Assembly: GCF_009914755.1 (NCBI RefSeq)
Contig: NC_060936.1
Direction: 5' to 3' (one strand)
Length of the DNA stretch: 64,000 nucleotides
DNA from: the human T2T-CHM13v2.0 reference genome, Homo sapiens
In this document: positions 29,390 to 42,072 of the stretch, one piece after another
Numbering within the stretch: position 1 is the first letter of the stretch
Layout: the number at the start of each line of letters is the position of its first letter
Made by a program: the position numbers and the translations under genes
The notes under the pieces: model-generated
Told to the model about the DNA's origin: nothing
The model's input: the letters and a program-made list of their open reading frames with translations, nothing else
Database searches by the model: none

Positions 29390-29590
29390 TTCTTTTTTTT
29401 TTTTTTTTTTTCTGAGACAGGCTCTTGCTCTCTCACCCAAGCTGGAGTGCAGTGGCACAATCATACCTCGCCGTAGTCTTGAACTCCTGGACACAAGTGA
29501 TACTCTTGCCTTCCTGCCTCAGCTTGCCAAGTAACTGGAACTACAGGCATGCACCACCAAGCCTGCTAATTTTAACATTTTTGTGGAGAC
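29390..29590 (-). mobile_element. AluJ truncated by a deletion (paralog of 35592-35873)
   Basis: Same left flank ccagtgaaaacttcca; breaks at ttgtggagac. Confidence 0.85.
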
Positions 29591-29653
29591 AAATTTCCAA
29601 GAACGAATGCAAACACACAGAGTTGACAAAATGATAAGTAGAAATTTTAACAT
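29591..29653 (-). pseudogene. Truncated TAS2R19-like stub (first ~21 codons) fused to Alu, with ~3 kb 5' flank retained
   Basis: MLKFLLIILSTL then frameshift then VFAFVLGN, cf. TAS2R19 [21 protein letters not shown]; flank 29654-32600 colinear with 45592-48700. Confidence 0.85.
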
Positions 29654-32600
29654 GTCTGAAGAGACAAAAAGAAAGGAAAAATGCAGGCCTAATAACACAG
29701 ATTGTGATTCCTTTAATATCTAGACCTTAAATTGGATATACACTTCATTCCTAAATGTGTAATAATATTCTTTGTGCTTCTAAATTATTTGACTAATGTC
29801 AACAGAAAAGCACCAGCATATGCTAATGGATGAGTTCAATGCTGCATTTATGGAAAATTTTCTTATTCCCAAAATAGCTGAAATTGAATCCTATTCCACT
29901 GTCTGTTCTTGCTATACGCTGAAATTTTTAAAACTGATGTTGAAGTGAAAGGTGAATTCCCGTTTGCTAGTATGCAAAAAAAGACATATTCTTTTTCATT
30001 GTTTTGCAATGTTTTTCCTTGTTTAACCTCTCCATAATTTGTATTCAGCATTTTCAGTTGTTTCATAGGGAAATTTTAAAACCCAATACATATGTCATAC
30101 AGTAAATGTCTAAACTGTTAAAAGAGCTTGGTCATACCTAGGATCGTATAAATATGGATTTATTTTTTAATGCTAGATTTAAATATACAGAACCCAAACC
30201 TTTTATCAAAATCATCCAAGGTTTTCTTGGGAACCACAAGAAGGCCAATACGCCTTAAAATCAGGTTGCTGCTAACCAATACTTTTATATGACTTTATTG
30301 TTAACAAGCTCATAAACACAAAAACACACACTTAAACCCATTGGGGTTGGAAGGAATTATTTTCTTTTAATTTAAAAAAATGAAAAAATGAGTTTCCAGA
30401 AGGTCATCCAGGTGGAATTAGTTCTGTTTTCCCACTCAGGGTTTTCAGACCAGAATAATATTTATCAAACATATTTCTCATGCTTAGGCCTTTGGTAAAG
30501 TTACTCTCAAGTCTATTTAATGTTTAAATATTAATTATTTAATTAAACTATTCAGCTGTTTTGTAAATACTCTTGACTCCCTCATCCTTTGATATATTAT
30601 CTTGCAGTGTCCTCCTGCCATAGGCAGGGTGACTACCTTGACCTTGGAATCTGAGCTCACTCATGTAATTTGCTTTGATGAACTGGAAATTAGTAAATTT
30701 TGTATACGTCTTTGAGATGGCTTCCACATTGGAGTTTCTTGCTCTTCTCCATTTACCACAAGCACATCCCCACACTAGTACACCATTCCCAGAAGCAGAA
30801 TGAGAATGAGATCCCCCCCTCCAGATGTAGCCTAAATTGGCCAAACTCTAACTTCAAGATGCAGAACATGGCCCATCTCAAATTACCAGAGTGATCCACC
30901 CAAACCCAGCTTAGGAAAATGGAATCTAAAGACATGTGAGATATAAATATCTAATGTAGTTTTGGAGAAGTTTCTTTTTAAAATGATGCTAAATGATAGA
31001 AATACTTTGCTAAGCCAAGAGAGTGGGAAATATGTCTACCCTTGTTGTGTCAAGAATCCTGAAGCCAAGGGAAAAATAGATGAGGAATATCAAAGTTTTG
31101 TCATGTGAGGTGCATAATTAAAGCTGAAAGAAAAAAACTGAAATAAAGCTACGGAAAAATACGGGGTTGGCAGGTGACATGATGTCAAATTTCTACAAGT
31201 TGTAACTAAAATAAGAAAGTTTCTACTTCAACTCTCTAGAGTTGTATAAGAATGCATATAAGTAGTTTCTTTTCCCCTTAGTACGTAATGAGAAGATTAA
31301 TAATTTCTATGAGACATTTCTCCTAATTCAAAATTTTTATATTAAAATTATAATGCATACATAGAAATGTGCCAAAACAAAACTGGAAAACTGGGAAATA
31401 GAGCAATGTATCATAAACAGTCGAGTAACCATCATGTAGGGCAAGACAAGGAACACTGCAAACAGCCTAGTTCCACCTCCATGACACTTTCCAAGCCTCT
31501 ATACCTTTCTTCATATCTCCTGAGGTAAGCAATATCCATTATTTGTGATGATCATTTCCTTGATTTTCTTTATACTTTATCAACAAGGTATGCAACCCTA
31601 AACTCAATAGCTTGGTTTGGCCTGCTTTGAACTGTGTATAGGTGCAATCCTATATGTTCTTATTCATGGCTTCCTGGACTTAACATTATGAATCTGAAAT
31701 TTAATCAGACAGATGCATGTACATGTGATTTATTTCTTTTCATTTCTCTATATTGTTTAATTTTATGAATTTACTATAATTATCTATCCTTAGTTGATAT
31801 ATACTTGGACAGCTTCTTTTATGAACTATTATGAATAATGCTACTATGAGCATTCTTTCATATACATTTGCTACAATTCCTTTGCATATATGCCTAGGTA
31901 TAGAATTATAGGGTCCTTGATTAAGATGTACAAATTCTGCCCACAGACATAGAAAAGTCCAAAAAATACTTTAACTAAATTTATTTCTGTAACTCCAGTC
32001 TCTTTATTACTATTTGCATATATCTTATCAATTACACCTTTAGTCCAACAAGAAGATACTATTATTTTAGATGGTAAACATTCACTTATAATTATGTACA
32101 TATTTATCATTTTCATTAATTTTTATTCCTTCTTGCATGCTCAATTTTGTATTTTTGGTAGTTTATATTTTATCTGAAAAAATATCATTTTTAATTTCTG
32201 TCTATAAAAGTCTACTGTTCCTTGGAAACACACTGAAGATATGATTCCATTGAATTCCCGCTTTCATATTTTCTGTTGAAAATCAGTTTGTTATTTAGAA
32301 TGTGGCTCTTTTTAACATAATCTACCTTTCACCTCTAGCTACTTTTCAGATTTTCTATTGGTCTTTGATGTCCTGTGTCATTTTATTTTAAATTTTTTAG
32401 TTATCTTGTCCAAAATTTGATGGCTCCTAAATATATAGAGATGGAAATATATACATTTCATCATTTTTGGAAAAATTTCCCAAACATTGCTTTTGCCCCA
32501 TTTCTCATCTCTAATCCTCCAGAACTCCAGAAGTATGTTAGATATTCTGACCATAGCGTCAGTGTCTCTTACCCTCCAGCCTTGTATTTTTCTGGAGTTG

Positions 32601-34139
32601 TTAGTACTCTAGCCATGAAAATAGTAACAATTTTCTTCTATTCCCAACTCTGGTCAGATAATAGAATAAAAGCTTGGTCTAGCCATGTTCCTGCAATTTT
32701 AAAGAAACCGGATATTAATTTGATGTGAGTAGCTTTTTCTGGAAAACAGCTTGTCTGTTGCTGGGTCCTCACACAAACTCTCCTCATATGGAAATTCAAT
32801 AAGCAGCTTTGGATCTCAAAATGCAATTCCAATAAATAAAAAATAGTCCCTAAACCACAACTACATCATTCTATTTTATGAACTAATTTTTACTTTGTTT
32901 ATGTTGTAGAAATGGGGCTCTGTGACTTTGAACTCCATCATTACCCAAGCGAGATAGAGAAGATGTGAGGGCTTACTTCTGTTTGATTTATTTAATCTAA
33001 AATCCTCTCTTTAGGAATAAGAGCTTGATCATGAAACAGTTTAATTGCCTTTCTAATTAAGGAATTTTATTTACACTAAAATCAAACTCTTTCTTATAGC
33101 CTTCAATGGATTAGTTTAAGGTCATCTACAATTACTTGCTTAAGCAATGCATTTTAAACTAAACTTCACTTAATTTCTAAATCTAAATGTATTCAGCTTG
33201 ACTTGAGCTTTGCTTTCACTAATGCAAATTTCCCAAAATGATAATCTTTTAAAAATGTCTTAGACATTATCAAAATCATGTACAATGAAAAATAAATCAT
33301 TTAATGAGATAGGTGTAGATGATTGATGATGATGTTGATGTCAGCTAAAAGGGACTATTTTATTCTGTAAATGTGACTTCAATCATGTTTCCTAAGTGCT
33401 GGAATTCAGGGCAATGGGAGAACACTATTTTAATTTTTCTTCATGGCCTTATAATTCTTATATTATTCTCAGTATCAGGTCTAGACAAACACCCTCAGGT
33501 AATATTTCATCAAGAATAACTTAAAACCAACATATTCCCAATGATTTACTTGATATTGTTTCATTTTACCACATTCTAAAGTGTGGTACAATAAAAAATA
33601 CTTCGCCTTAATCAGGTAATGCCATATTCAGCCAAAGTAATTGTACTTTATAATCCTAAGAGTAGTGTATGAAAATTTCTATTGTGTCATATCCTTTCCA
33701 AAATTAGTAACATCAGATTAAATTTTACACTGATATTTACATACACTATTATTAAAGTTAACATTTTAGAAACATTTTTCTATTATAATTCAGAATGTAT
33801 TTTTAGTTCAAAAAATTATGTTGCTTTTTAATTACATGACTGATTTCATGCACATTTATTAAGAATGAATTATATATTCCATATATTTATTCATATTTCT
33901 TTATTAATTTCTCTATTTTTTCTTGAAGTTTCAAATACTCTTGTTATGAGCAGGTGTAATTATACTACACATATTTCTTTAATCAATCATTATGTCAAAT
34001 GAATTTGAGAAATTATGATTAGTTTGTAGCATATTGTAAGGGAAATTTCAGGATTGTTTAACAACTCCTAAAAGAACTCAAAGGAAAAAAATGTTAAAAT
34101 GTAAAAGTAGTCTATAAGTTTAACGTAGGTGTCCACAGG

Positions 34140-34195
34140 AAAAAATAAATTCTACCATTACTAGCACAAAAAAAGATTGGTAATAAACCTACCAT
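34140..34195 (-). pseudogene. Truncated TAS2R stub 2 (frameshifted) with 5' flank to ~35100
   Basis: MVGLLPIFF then frameshift then VLVMVEFIF; same junction as the stubs at 27938 and 62460. Confidence 0.8.
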
Positions 34196-35591
34196 GTCTG
34201 AATTTTTTTAAGGCAGGCGTATTATCACTGGACAAGATTCTCTGTAAGGTCCTGACCTTAAATTCTATGTGCACCTGATTTCTGAATGTGCAGTAATGTT
34301 CTTTTTCCTTTTACATTCTCTGACCAGTGTCAAACAGGAAAGCACCAGGGTGTGCTAATGGATGAGTTTGAGGCTGTCTTTATGGAGAACACAATAATTC
34401 CCAAAACAGCTCAATTAAATTTCTATTCAAACACTATGTCCTGGCTATAAGATGAAATTTTTCATGCTGTTGTTGAAGTGAAAGGTGAATTCTCATTTGC
34501 TAGCATGCAAATACAGACATATTTTCCTTCATTGTTTTGCAATATTTTTCCTTGTTTAACCTCTCCATAATTTGTGTTCAGCAATGTCAGTTGTTATGGA
34601 AATTTTAAAACCCAACTCATAATTCCTACATTGGATGTCTAAACTGTCATATGGAACTTGGTCATAACCAGAATCATGACCACTGTGAATTTATTTTTTC
34701 AATGTCAGATTTATGTAGACAGAATCCAAAGTTTTCTTATTAAAAGACTCCAAGGTTTTCTTGGGAAGCCCAGGAAGGCCAACATTCCTTAAAATCTGGT
34801 TGCTGCTAACTAATACTTTTGTATAACTTTATTCTTAACAAGCTCATTAACACAAACTTATGTGCCCACACACATACATGCTCCTCATGGATGGGAGGAA
34901 TTATTGTCCTGTAATTTCCAAAATGGAAAATGAATTTCAGGCAGGTCATCCAAGTTGAAATAGCCCTAATTTCCCAATCATGTTTTCAGCCCATTTTCAA
35001 TATTTATAAACTTGTGTCTCATGCTTAGGCTTTTGAGTAAGTCATTTTCTTGAGTCTAGTTAATATTTAAATATGAATTGTTTAATTAAAATATTTAGCA
35101 ATTTTGTAAATATTCCTTGGGCACTTAAAAAACATGTGTATTCCATTGAAGAGCCTACACTTCTCTGTATGTAAATTTTCACTTTTATTTTTCTCTAATG
35201 TATTTTTTATTATTTAATGGTTTAAGATGAATAGATGTTAAAAATCGGTCTTCAATATTGGATATTATTTCTTTCCAGTTGTTATAGTATAATTGTTTCT
35301 AGGAGAAGATCTTGGAGTCAGTCTGCCAGGACAGGAAGCCAGATTTTCTGCTTTATATAGCTATGATCTGAGACTCCATTTTACGAATTCTCTCTACCTC
35401 AGTATAATTATGTATAAAACGCAGATGATAATAATACTCTGGGTAGTCCTTATGAGGTGCTAGTATAGTATATGTATAACTGCTTTCAATTTTACATGTT
35501 CAGTGCAGGCAGGAACCGAGGATTATTAGTTATTCTTTTGATTCTGTGTTACTTGATACTTAAAAGATACCAGTGAAAACTTCCACTTTTC

Positions 35592-35873
35592 CTTTTTTGT
35601 TTTGAGAAAGGATGTTGCTCTGTCGCCTAGGCTGGAGTGCAGTGGTAGTTCACTTCAGCTTTGTACTCCTGGGCTCAAGAGATCCTCCCACCTCAGCTTC
35701 TGGAGTAGCTGTGACTATGGGCGTGCACCAACACAGCCAGCTAATTTTTCAGTTTTTTTGTAGAAATGGGGTCTCCCTATGTTGCCCAGTATGGTCTTGA
35801 AAACATGGGCTCATATGATCTTCCCACCTTGGTCTCCCAAAATGCTTGGATACAGGCGTGAACTGCACCTAGC
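35592..35873 (-). mobile_element. AluJ with TSD
   Basis: TSD gaaaacttccactttt/gagaacttccattttt. Confidence 0.9.
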
Positions 35874-36059
35874 TGAGAACTTCCATTTTTGAGCAGAATA
35901 CAGAAGGTTCAGAAAGGCAAGATATCCTTCTGCAACAACTAGGATAAGAGTAATAAAAGGCCAAAATTATATATTCAATTCATCACAGAGTTGTACAAGC
36001 AAGGAGGGCCAGCTGAACTGAAATCCAGCACAAGGAGAGTCTTTGCAGGTGAAGGGTCA

Positions 36060-36505
36060 ACTTATATACTCAGTGCAATCCCTATCAAATCCCAACAAGC
36101 CTGTTTTGCAAAAAGTGAAAAACCAGTCCTAAAATATATCTGAAAATACCCAGTGACCAGATCACCAAAATAAATCTTGATAAAATAACACATTTGGAGG
36201 ATTACACTTTCTGGTTTCAAAGCTAACTACAAAGCTGCACTAATCAGAATTCTGTGGTACTGGCATTACAGTAGACAAAAGAACAATGAAACACAACTGA
36301 GAGTCCAGAAATTAACACTGACATTGATGGTAATTGATTTCAAAAATGGTACCACTGCAGTTCAATAGGAATTAATCATTTTTTCAACAAATGATACCGA
36401 GAACATTGAATATCCACATGCATAAAGATAAATTTCTATTCTTATTTCACACCATACACAAAAAATAACTCATATTTAATTGATTATAGAGCTAAATGTA
36501 AAAAG
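36060..36505 (+). mobile_element. Old L1M ORF2 fragment
   Basis: cagtgcaatccctatcaaatcccaac...tttggaggattacactt...gtggtactggcat...gagtccagaaatta typical of L1 ORF2. Confidence 0.8.
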
Positions 36506-36756
36506 TGAGATTAGTAACTAAGATACTAAAACATACTAACTGTACAATTGCAAGTAATACAAGTGGGTTAATCAACCATAATTCTATCTGTGTATTTCTC
36601 TACTTAGATCATTATGTCTATAATAATAATAATCCCCTGCCTATCAATCTATTGATATTAAAATTACTATTTTAAATAAAACTAAATTAGATGCTGGGCT
36701 ACCCTCAATCTCATTTAGTGGAAATTCAAGCAAAAATATTATTGATTCTCCCTAGA

Positions 36757-37052
36757 TTTTTATTTTTTGAGACATGGTCTCACTCTGGAGCCTAAACTGG
36801 AGTGCAGTGGTTTGAGATTGGCTAACTGCAATCTATAGCTCCCAGCCTCAATCTGTTTCCCACCTTGGCCTCCCAAGTAGCTAGGACTACAGGTGGACAC
36901 CACTATACCTGGCTAATTGTTGTATTTTTACTAGAGACTGGGTTTCACCATGTTTCCCAGGTTGGTCTCCAATAATTGGGCTCAAGAAATCTGCCTGCCT
37001 AAGCCTCCCAAGGTGCTCAATTACAGGCTTAAGCCACAGCATCCACCCTGGT
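36757..37052 (-). mobile_element. Old Alu (AluJ-like), specific to this copy
   Basis: Diverged dimeric Alu; absent at paralogous sites ~3505 and ~14530. Confidence 0.85.
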
Positions 37053-37853
37053 ACTGTTACTTCAAAATGTACATTTGACATTTGAAGGAAAAATATTTAC
37101 ATAATGTGCTATATGCCAACATGCGTGAATAAATAAATAATATAAATGGATAATCAGCCTTATTCCTGTCTGTTGAATCACTTGGCTACATTGTCAGTAA
37201 AGAGATTACATGAGATCACCAACACAACAGGCATCATTGTAGAGATTGAAGAATTGAGACCTTGGGCAGTCTGATATTTTCAGTTTAGAGACAAAAGAGA
37301 ACTAGCAAAGGAGATTGAGAAGTAGTGCCCAGGGGATAAGGATAAAATCAGGAGAGGGCAGCATCCTGAAATCTAAATAAACTAAGTTCAATGCAGCTAA
37401 TAGAGCATGCAACATGATGACTAACCTTGGGAACATAGACTCTCTGGTGATCTTGCAAATGTCAGAATCAATGAACTGATGACAGCATCAGCTTCTTGGA
37501 ATGAGTTCATAAGCCAATAGTTAAAGAGGCTTCATACTTTGAAAAATACTTATAAACCAAGAGCAAGCCTTTTCACTTCAAAGGCTGAAAAACTGATTCC
37601 TGAGGTCAGCCTTTGAAGTGGAAAATCAAAGAACCTCAACCTGTTGTCAGGACTGAGCCAATTCCGAGAACAAGAATTCAATAATTGAAGGAAAGTGTAA
37701 GTCCCCTTGAAAAGGATGCTGAAAATTCACCACAAGAATATTCAGGACGTATTCATACGGTGCTTTCTCAAAGACCTGTAGCCATTTCCCAGATAACAGT
37801 ACCCAGAGGAAAGGACACACATCCACACCATCTGAGACTTTTAGGTATAGGGC

Positions 37854-38587
37854 TCTTACAGTAGATAGTTAGTCAGGCATGAGCGGGGCAGAAGAAGGCT
37901 CTCACCACCCACCAGGAATGTCAGGTGGCCATCAGGTGATGGCCTGGCAGTTGTCACACTGCCTCTCTAAAAATGATAATTGCTCACAGGCACCAGGGAG
38001 AGGCAATTTCACAATAAGTAAAGATGCTTAAAATTGCTAGTCAGCAGCTCAGGAATAGGGCGAGTAGGCTGAGGCATACGTGTTAAGAGAGAAAACGGTA
38101 GAAAACAACCTTCTGGGGGCATTCCACCAAAAAAGGGAAGAATGCCTCATGCAAGCATGTGTACAACTCCAGTAAACACACTGCGCATGCTCACCTCCAA
38201 AGTGTTAGCAGGCCACCACACATGTGAGCAGCCCACCCTAAGGGGCTGAATCATGGGAAAAGGAACACAAGACCCTAAGGGAAGAATCGTGGGAAAAGGA
38301 ACACAAGACCCCAGAAGTATACCAACATATAAAACCACAAGTCAAAGGTCTAACACTGCACTTGACCTTCAAAATGCCCACTGTGGTCTCTTCCAAGTGT
38401 ACTTTCCTTTCTTTCCTGCTCTAAATCTTTTTAATAAACTTCCATTGCTGCTCAGAAACTTCCCTCAGTCTCTTTTTCCGCCTTATGCCCCTCAGTTGAA
38501 TTCTTTCTTCTGAGGAGGTTAGACTTGAAGTTGCTGCAGACTCGTACCAAATTGCCTCCAGTAAACCAGATATTGGCCACTCCAACA
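37854..38587 (+). mobile_element. ERV1-class solo LTR, MER50-like (734 bp)
   Basis: Starts t(c)ttacagtagatagttagtcaggcatgagc...caggaatgtcagg...ccatcaggtgatgg and ends ccaaca; internal TATAAAA and AATAAA; 4-bp TSD gggc/gagc; empty in paralogs. Confidence 0.85.
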
Positions 38588-38698
38588 GAGCCTGAACTAA
38601 CAGTAATATCTGGGTACTCAAAAGACACTGCAGTCCATGAGATGAAGTGGGAGATTTTTTAAAATTTTCTTTTTGTGTGTGTGTTATTTGCATTTGGG

Positions 38699-39662
38699 TT
38701 TTTTAGATACACAGTCTCAATCCTTCACTTAGGAGGTATGTAGTACAGTGGCAAATCATAACTCACTACAGCCTTGAATTCCTGGGTTTGTAACAGAGTG
38801 CCCCATTTTTTCTAAGAAACAGGGAATGAGTTACTATTTTTTTATTATTATTTTCTCTTATCTCCCCTTTCCTTTTGTTCCCTGTTTCCTGCTTAGCCCT
38901 TCATAAATGCAAATATAACCTTTCACCCCCACTCACTAGACATTCCCTGCAGGGCACGTTCTTCTAACTATGTGCAGCAAGACAGATCTCTTCTGAGAAT
39001 TGACAGTCAATTTGCAGACCAAAGCACACCCACCAAGGAATGTTTACCTCCAGGAAATGGACTTGGAACTTCCAGACTGTGCTCCACTCTGGGAGTTGCC
39101 TGAGGACTTTCACCCAACAGAAGGGCATATTGAAAGCATACCCACTTGGCCACTTTTACAAGTTACTTCTGCACAGGAAGGCACCAATTCAACTGTCTGA
39201 TAGATAAGGCACCAAGCCTGCATGAGGACCCTCTACCCTTGCTCAGTATCCCTCCTTACCTTATAAAAGTGTCTGCTTTCTGCTCCAAAGGTGAAGTGGT
39301 ACACTTAAAGGCAAGACACTTTGTGCTCCTTCCCCAAGCTAGGTTTGGAATAAATTCATTACTTTTGTACCAGACCTCACTTTTGTTAACTGGACACTGC
39401 ATGCGGCCAGCAACGGACTCGCATATTGGTTATAGGTCCAAAGGAGTCTCCTGTCTCATCTTTCTGGGTAACTGGGACTACAGGTGAGTACCACCATGCC
39501 AAACTAATTTTTTGTTGTTGTTTTTTCTGTTTTTTAGTTTTTGTACAGACAGGCTGTCACTGTGTAGCCCAAGGTGGTCTGCAACTCTGGGCCTCAAGAG
39601 ATATTCCCACCTCCGCCTCCAAAAGTGCGGGGACTGCGGGCATGAGCCATCATACCCAGCCT
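38699..39662 (-). mobile_element. AluJ (shared ERVL-inserted copy) split by an LTR
   Basis: Alu halves 38699-38788 and 39435-39662 rejoin colinearly. Confidence 0.85.
38789..39434 (+). mobile_element. ERV1-class solo LTR (MER4-group-like; subfamily uncertain)
   Basis: TGTAAC...GGTTATA termini, TATAAAA and AATAAA, TSD ggtt/ggtc, inserted within an Alu. Confidence 0.8.
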
Positions 39663-40494
39663 GCAGAGGGAGTTTTGAAGGTCAGATGCTACCTAGAGTT
39701 TTGACTCATGTCCATCCCAAGGTGGATCTAATCAGTTTGCCGTTATTGCCTCTTCTTGAATGTGTAATGGACACACATGGCAGCTGGCAGGACTCTCACT
39801 TTCTTCCTGACCTGTAGAGTCAGGGACATTATTAGAGCAGAACCAAGGGGAAGCCTGTGAAATTCTCCTCCACTGGCAACAATGATTGAAAAATAATAAT
39901 CACATTCTCCAAGGAATGGAATTGATCACTACCATGACAAAACACTTGAAAGTTGCAGGGGATGGTAGTCTTTTTATATGCCTATCCACTTAACCTATCT
40001 GGCCTCTACCAAAACCAGATACACTATAAAATGAATGCAGATTTCCATAAATTTAAATCACTACTTACAAATGCTCTCTAGGATGTGGTATCTTCCCTGA
40101 GCAGAGCAGAGCTCCTGGCAGTTTGCATGTGGCTCTTGATTTAGTGAATGTTTCTTATTTTACACCCATGGGTGGGTCAGCAGATTAAAACAATTGGCCT
40201 TTGTGTGGTAAAAACAAGAGCACTGCTTCACTGTTTTATGTCAGGGCTTTGTCACTTCTGCTCTCAGTTTAATTTACATTTTGGAAAACATCATGTTAAT
40301 TTAATATATTAATAACGTTACGGTAATTGGTACAATAACCAGGAAATGGAAAGTTACCTAATTATAGTAAAATACTTAAACATTAAATAGAAATAAAATA
40401 TCAGAAGAAAGAGACATGCCTGAAAATATTTAGAGAACACCAACGCAGATATTGTTTTCAGGGATCCCATATTCCTGGTCCACATGTTGAAAAA

Positions 40495-40816
40495 TCAATT
40501 AATTAATTAATTAATTTATTTATATTTGAGATAGAGTCTCGCTCTGTTGCCCAGGCCGGAATGCAGTGTTGCAATCCCGGCTCACTGCAAACTTCGCCTC
40601 CTGGGTTCAATCAATTCAAATCCTTCAGCCTCCTGAGTAGCTGGGTTTACGGGCATTGGCCACCATGCCTGGCTAAATTTTTTTGTATTTTTTTTTAAGT
40701 AGAGATGGGGTTTCACCATGTTGCTCAGGCTAGTCTCAAACTCCTGGCCTCCAGTGATCTGCCTGCGTTGGTCTCCCAAAGTGCTGGTATTACAGGCGTG
40801 AACCACCATGCCGAGC
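40495..40816 (-). mobile_element. AluS with (AATT)n tail
   Basis: Full Alu, absent from the paralogous ERVL copies. Confidence 0.93.
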
Positions 40817-41548
40817 AGAAACATCCTGTTTAAGGTAAATGGCTTCCTATATACTTCCTATCACTAAAAGAGAAGCACGGCGTTTATTGAGCCTCTAGGG
40901 ATTTTGGAGTCCAAAAATACCACAGTAGAGGATATTGCTCTGATGTGTTAATAAAGTCCTTTTTAAATCCCTGTTCAGTTAACCTACCTAGCCTCTGCCA
41001 AAACCAGATGGGTTACAGAATGAATGCAAAGACTCCTGGTTTCAAGTGGAATCCAGAACATATAATATCTCTACAGCAGATACAGGGTCTGGCCCAACCT
41101 GCTCGGCCCATTGTGCCAGATGATCCAGCAGAATTCAAAGCTGCTAGAGGCATGCAACGTGGGCATCACAGGACTCTGTGCCTGTCTCCATCAAGCCCGT
41201 AGGAGAGGAGAAAGCAAACCCCTAGGGAATTACTGCAGAACTATTCCCTCTTCAGTGGAGGAGTATCCGCTGTCTGAAAAATAAAAATGCAAGTGCAGAA
41301 CATTAATCCAAGCAAAAAGCCCCTCAAGCACAAGACCCCGTGCAACTACACAAGGCATCTGCTTATAAAACCAGCCACAGTTGGAGGGCATGAGCACATC
41401 TGAGTGGCACAAGGAGGGGACTATATTGGACACAAACATGTGCTTCCTCAGATTCCCTTGACTGTCTCCTGTTCCCATGGTCAGCACCTTGCCTAATCCA
41501 GATCATCCTTCCACCTGGGACTTGAATGTATCTGTGGGCATGAAGTCT

Positions 41549-42072
41549 TGTAACAGAAAAGCTTAGTTGCTCACTTCATGTAAAGTCTAATTAACAAGAA
41601 CAAGGTCTGATATAAAAATAGAGAATTTATTTGGAAGTTAGCTTGCTGGAAGGGGCACAAAGCATCCTGCCTTCCAACGTGACACTTCATCTTTGGAGCA
41701 GAAAGTGAACGTTTTATAAAGTAGGGAAGGAAATGAGCAGGACAGCAGTTGTAAAAGTGGCCACGTGGGCATCCTTTCCACATCCCCTCCTAATGGATGT
41801 GAGGTCTAAGGGGAACCCCTGGAGGTGAGAGTTCCATGAGGGCATACTTTTGTCTGCAAATCAACTGTCAAGTCTCAAGGAGAGATCCCTCGTGGAGCAC
41901 ATAGTTAGATGAACTCGCCCGAAGGGACTGTCTGGTGGGGGGAAAGTAAACAGTTCTATGTGCATGTCTAAAAAGTTAAGTAGAAAGCAGGAAACATAGG
42001 GAAAGGGGAGAGGAAAAGAGAAAAAATAAATTAAAAAAAAACTATCTCTTAGAAAAATGGGGGTATTGGTTA
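41549..42072 (-). mobile_element. ERV1-class solo LTR related to 38789-39434, inverted
   Basis: Reverse complement shares ccccatttttctaaga, ttgacagt.gatttgcagac and ctttctgctccaaag blocks; TSD gtct/gtgt; inserted in the LTR16-like copy. Confidence 0.8.

Larger units (their letters stand above)
13350..29590. repeat. Tandem duplication unit B (TAS2R20 unit, most complete)
   Basis: Left part matches unit A; 21000-29200 is colinear with 55200-63710. Confidence 0.85.
37520..41290 (+). mobile_element. Decayed ERVL internal region, copy 3 (with nested insertions)
   Basis: ORF 40945 FKWNPEHIISLQQIQGLAQPARPIVPDDPAE resembles ERV-L FEWGPEQEKALQQVQAAVQAALPLGPYDPAD. Confidence 0.8.

Noticed and set aside
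38236-38310. ~36-bp direct repeat that superficially resembles a repeat array
   Set aside because: Only two adjacent units with no spacer, inside an LTR U3 region
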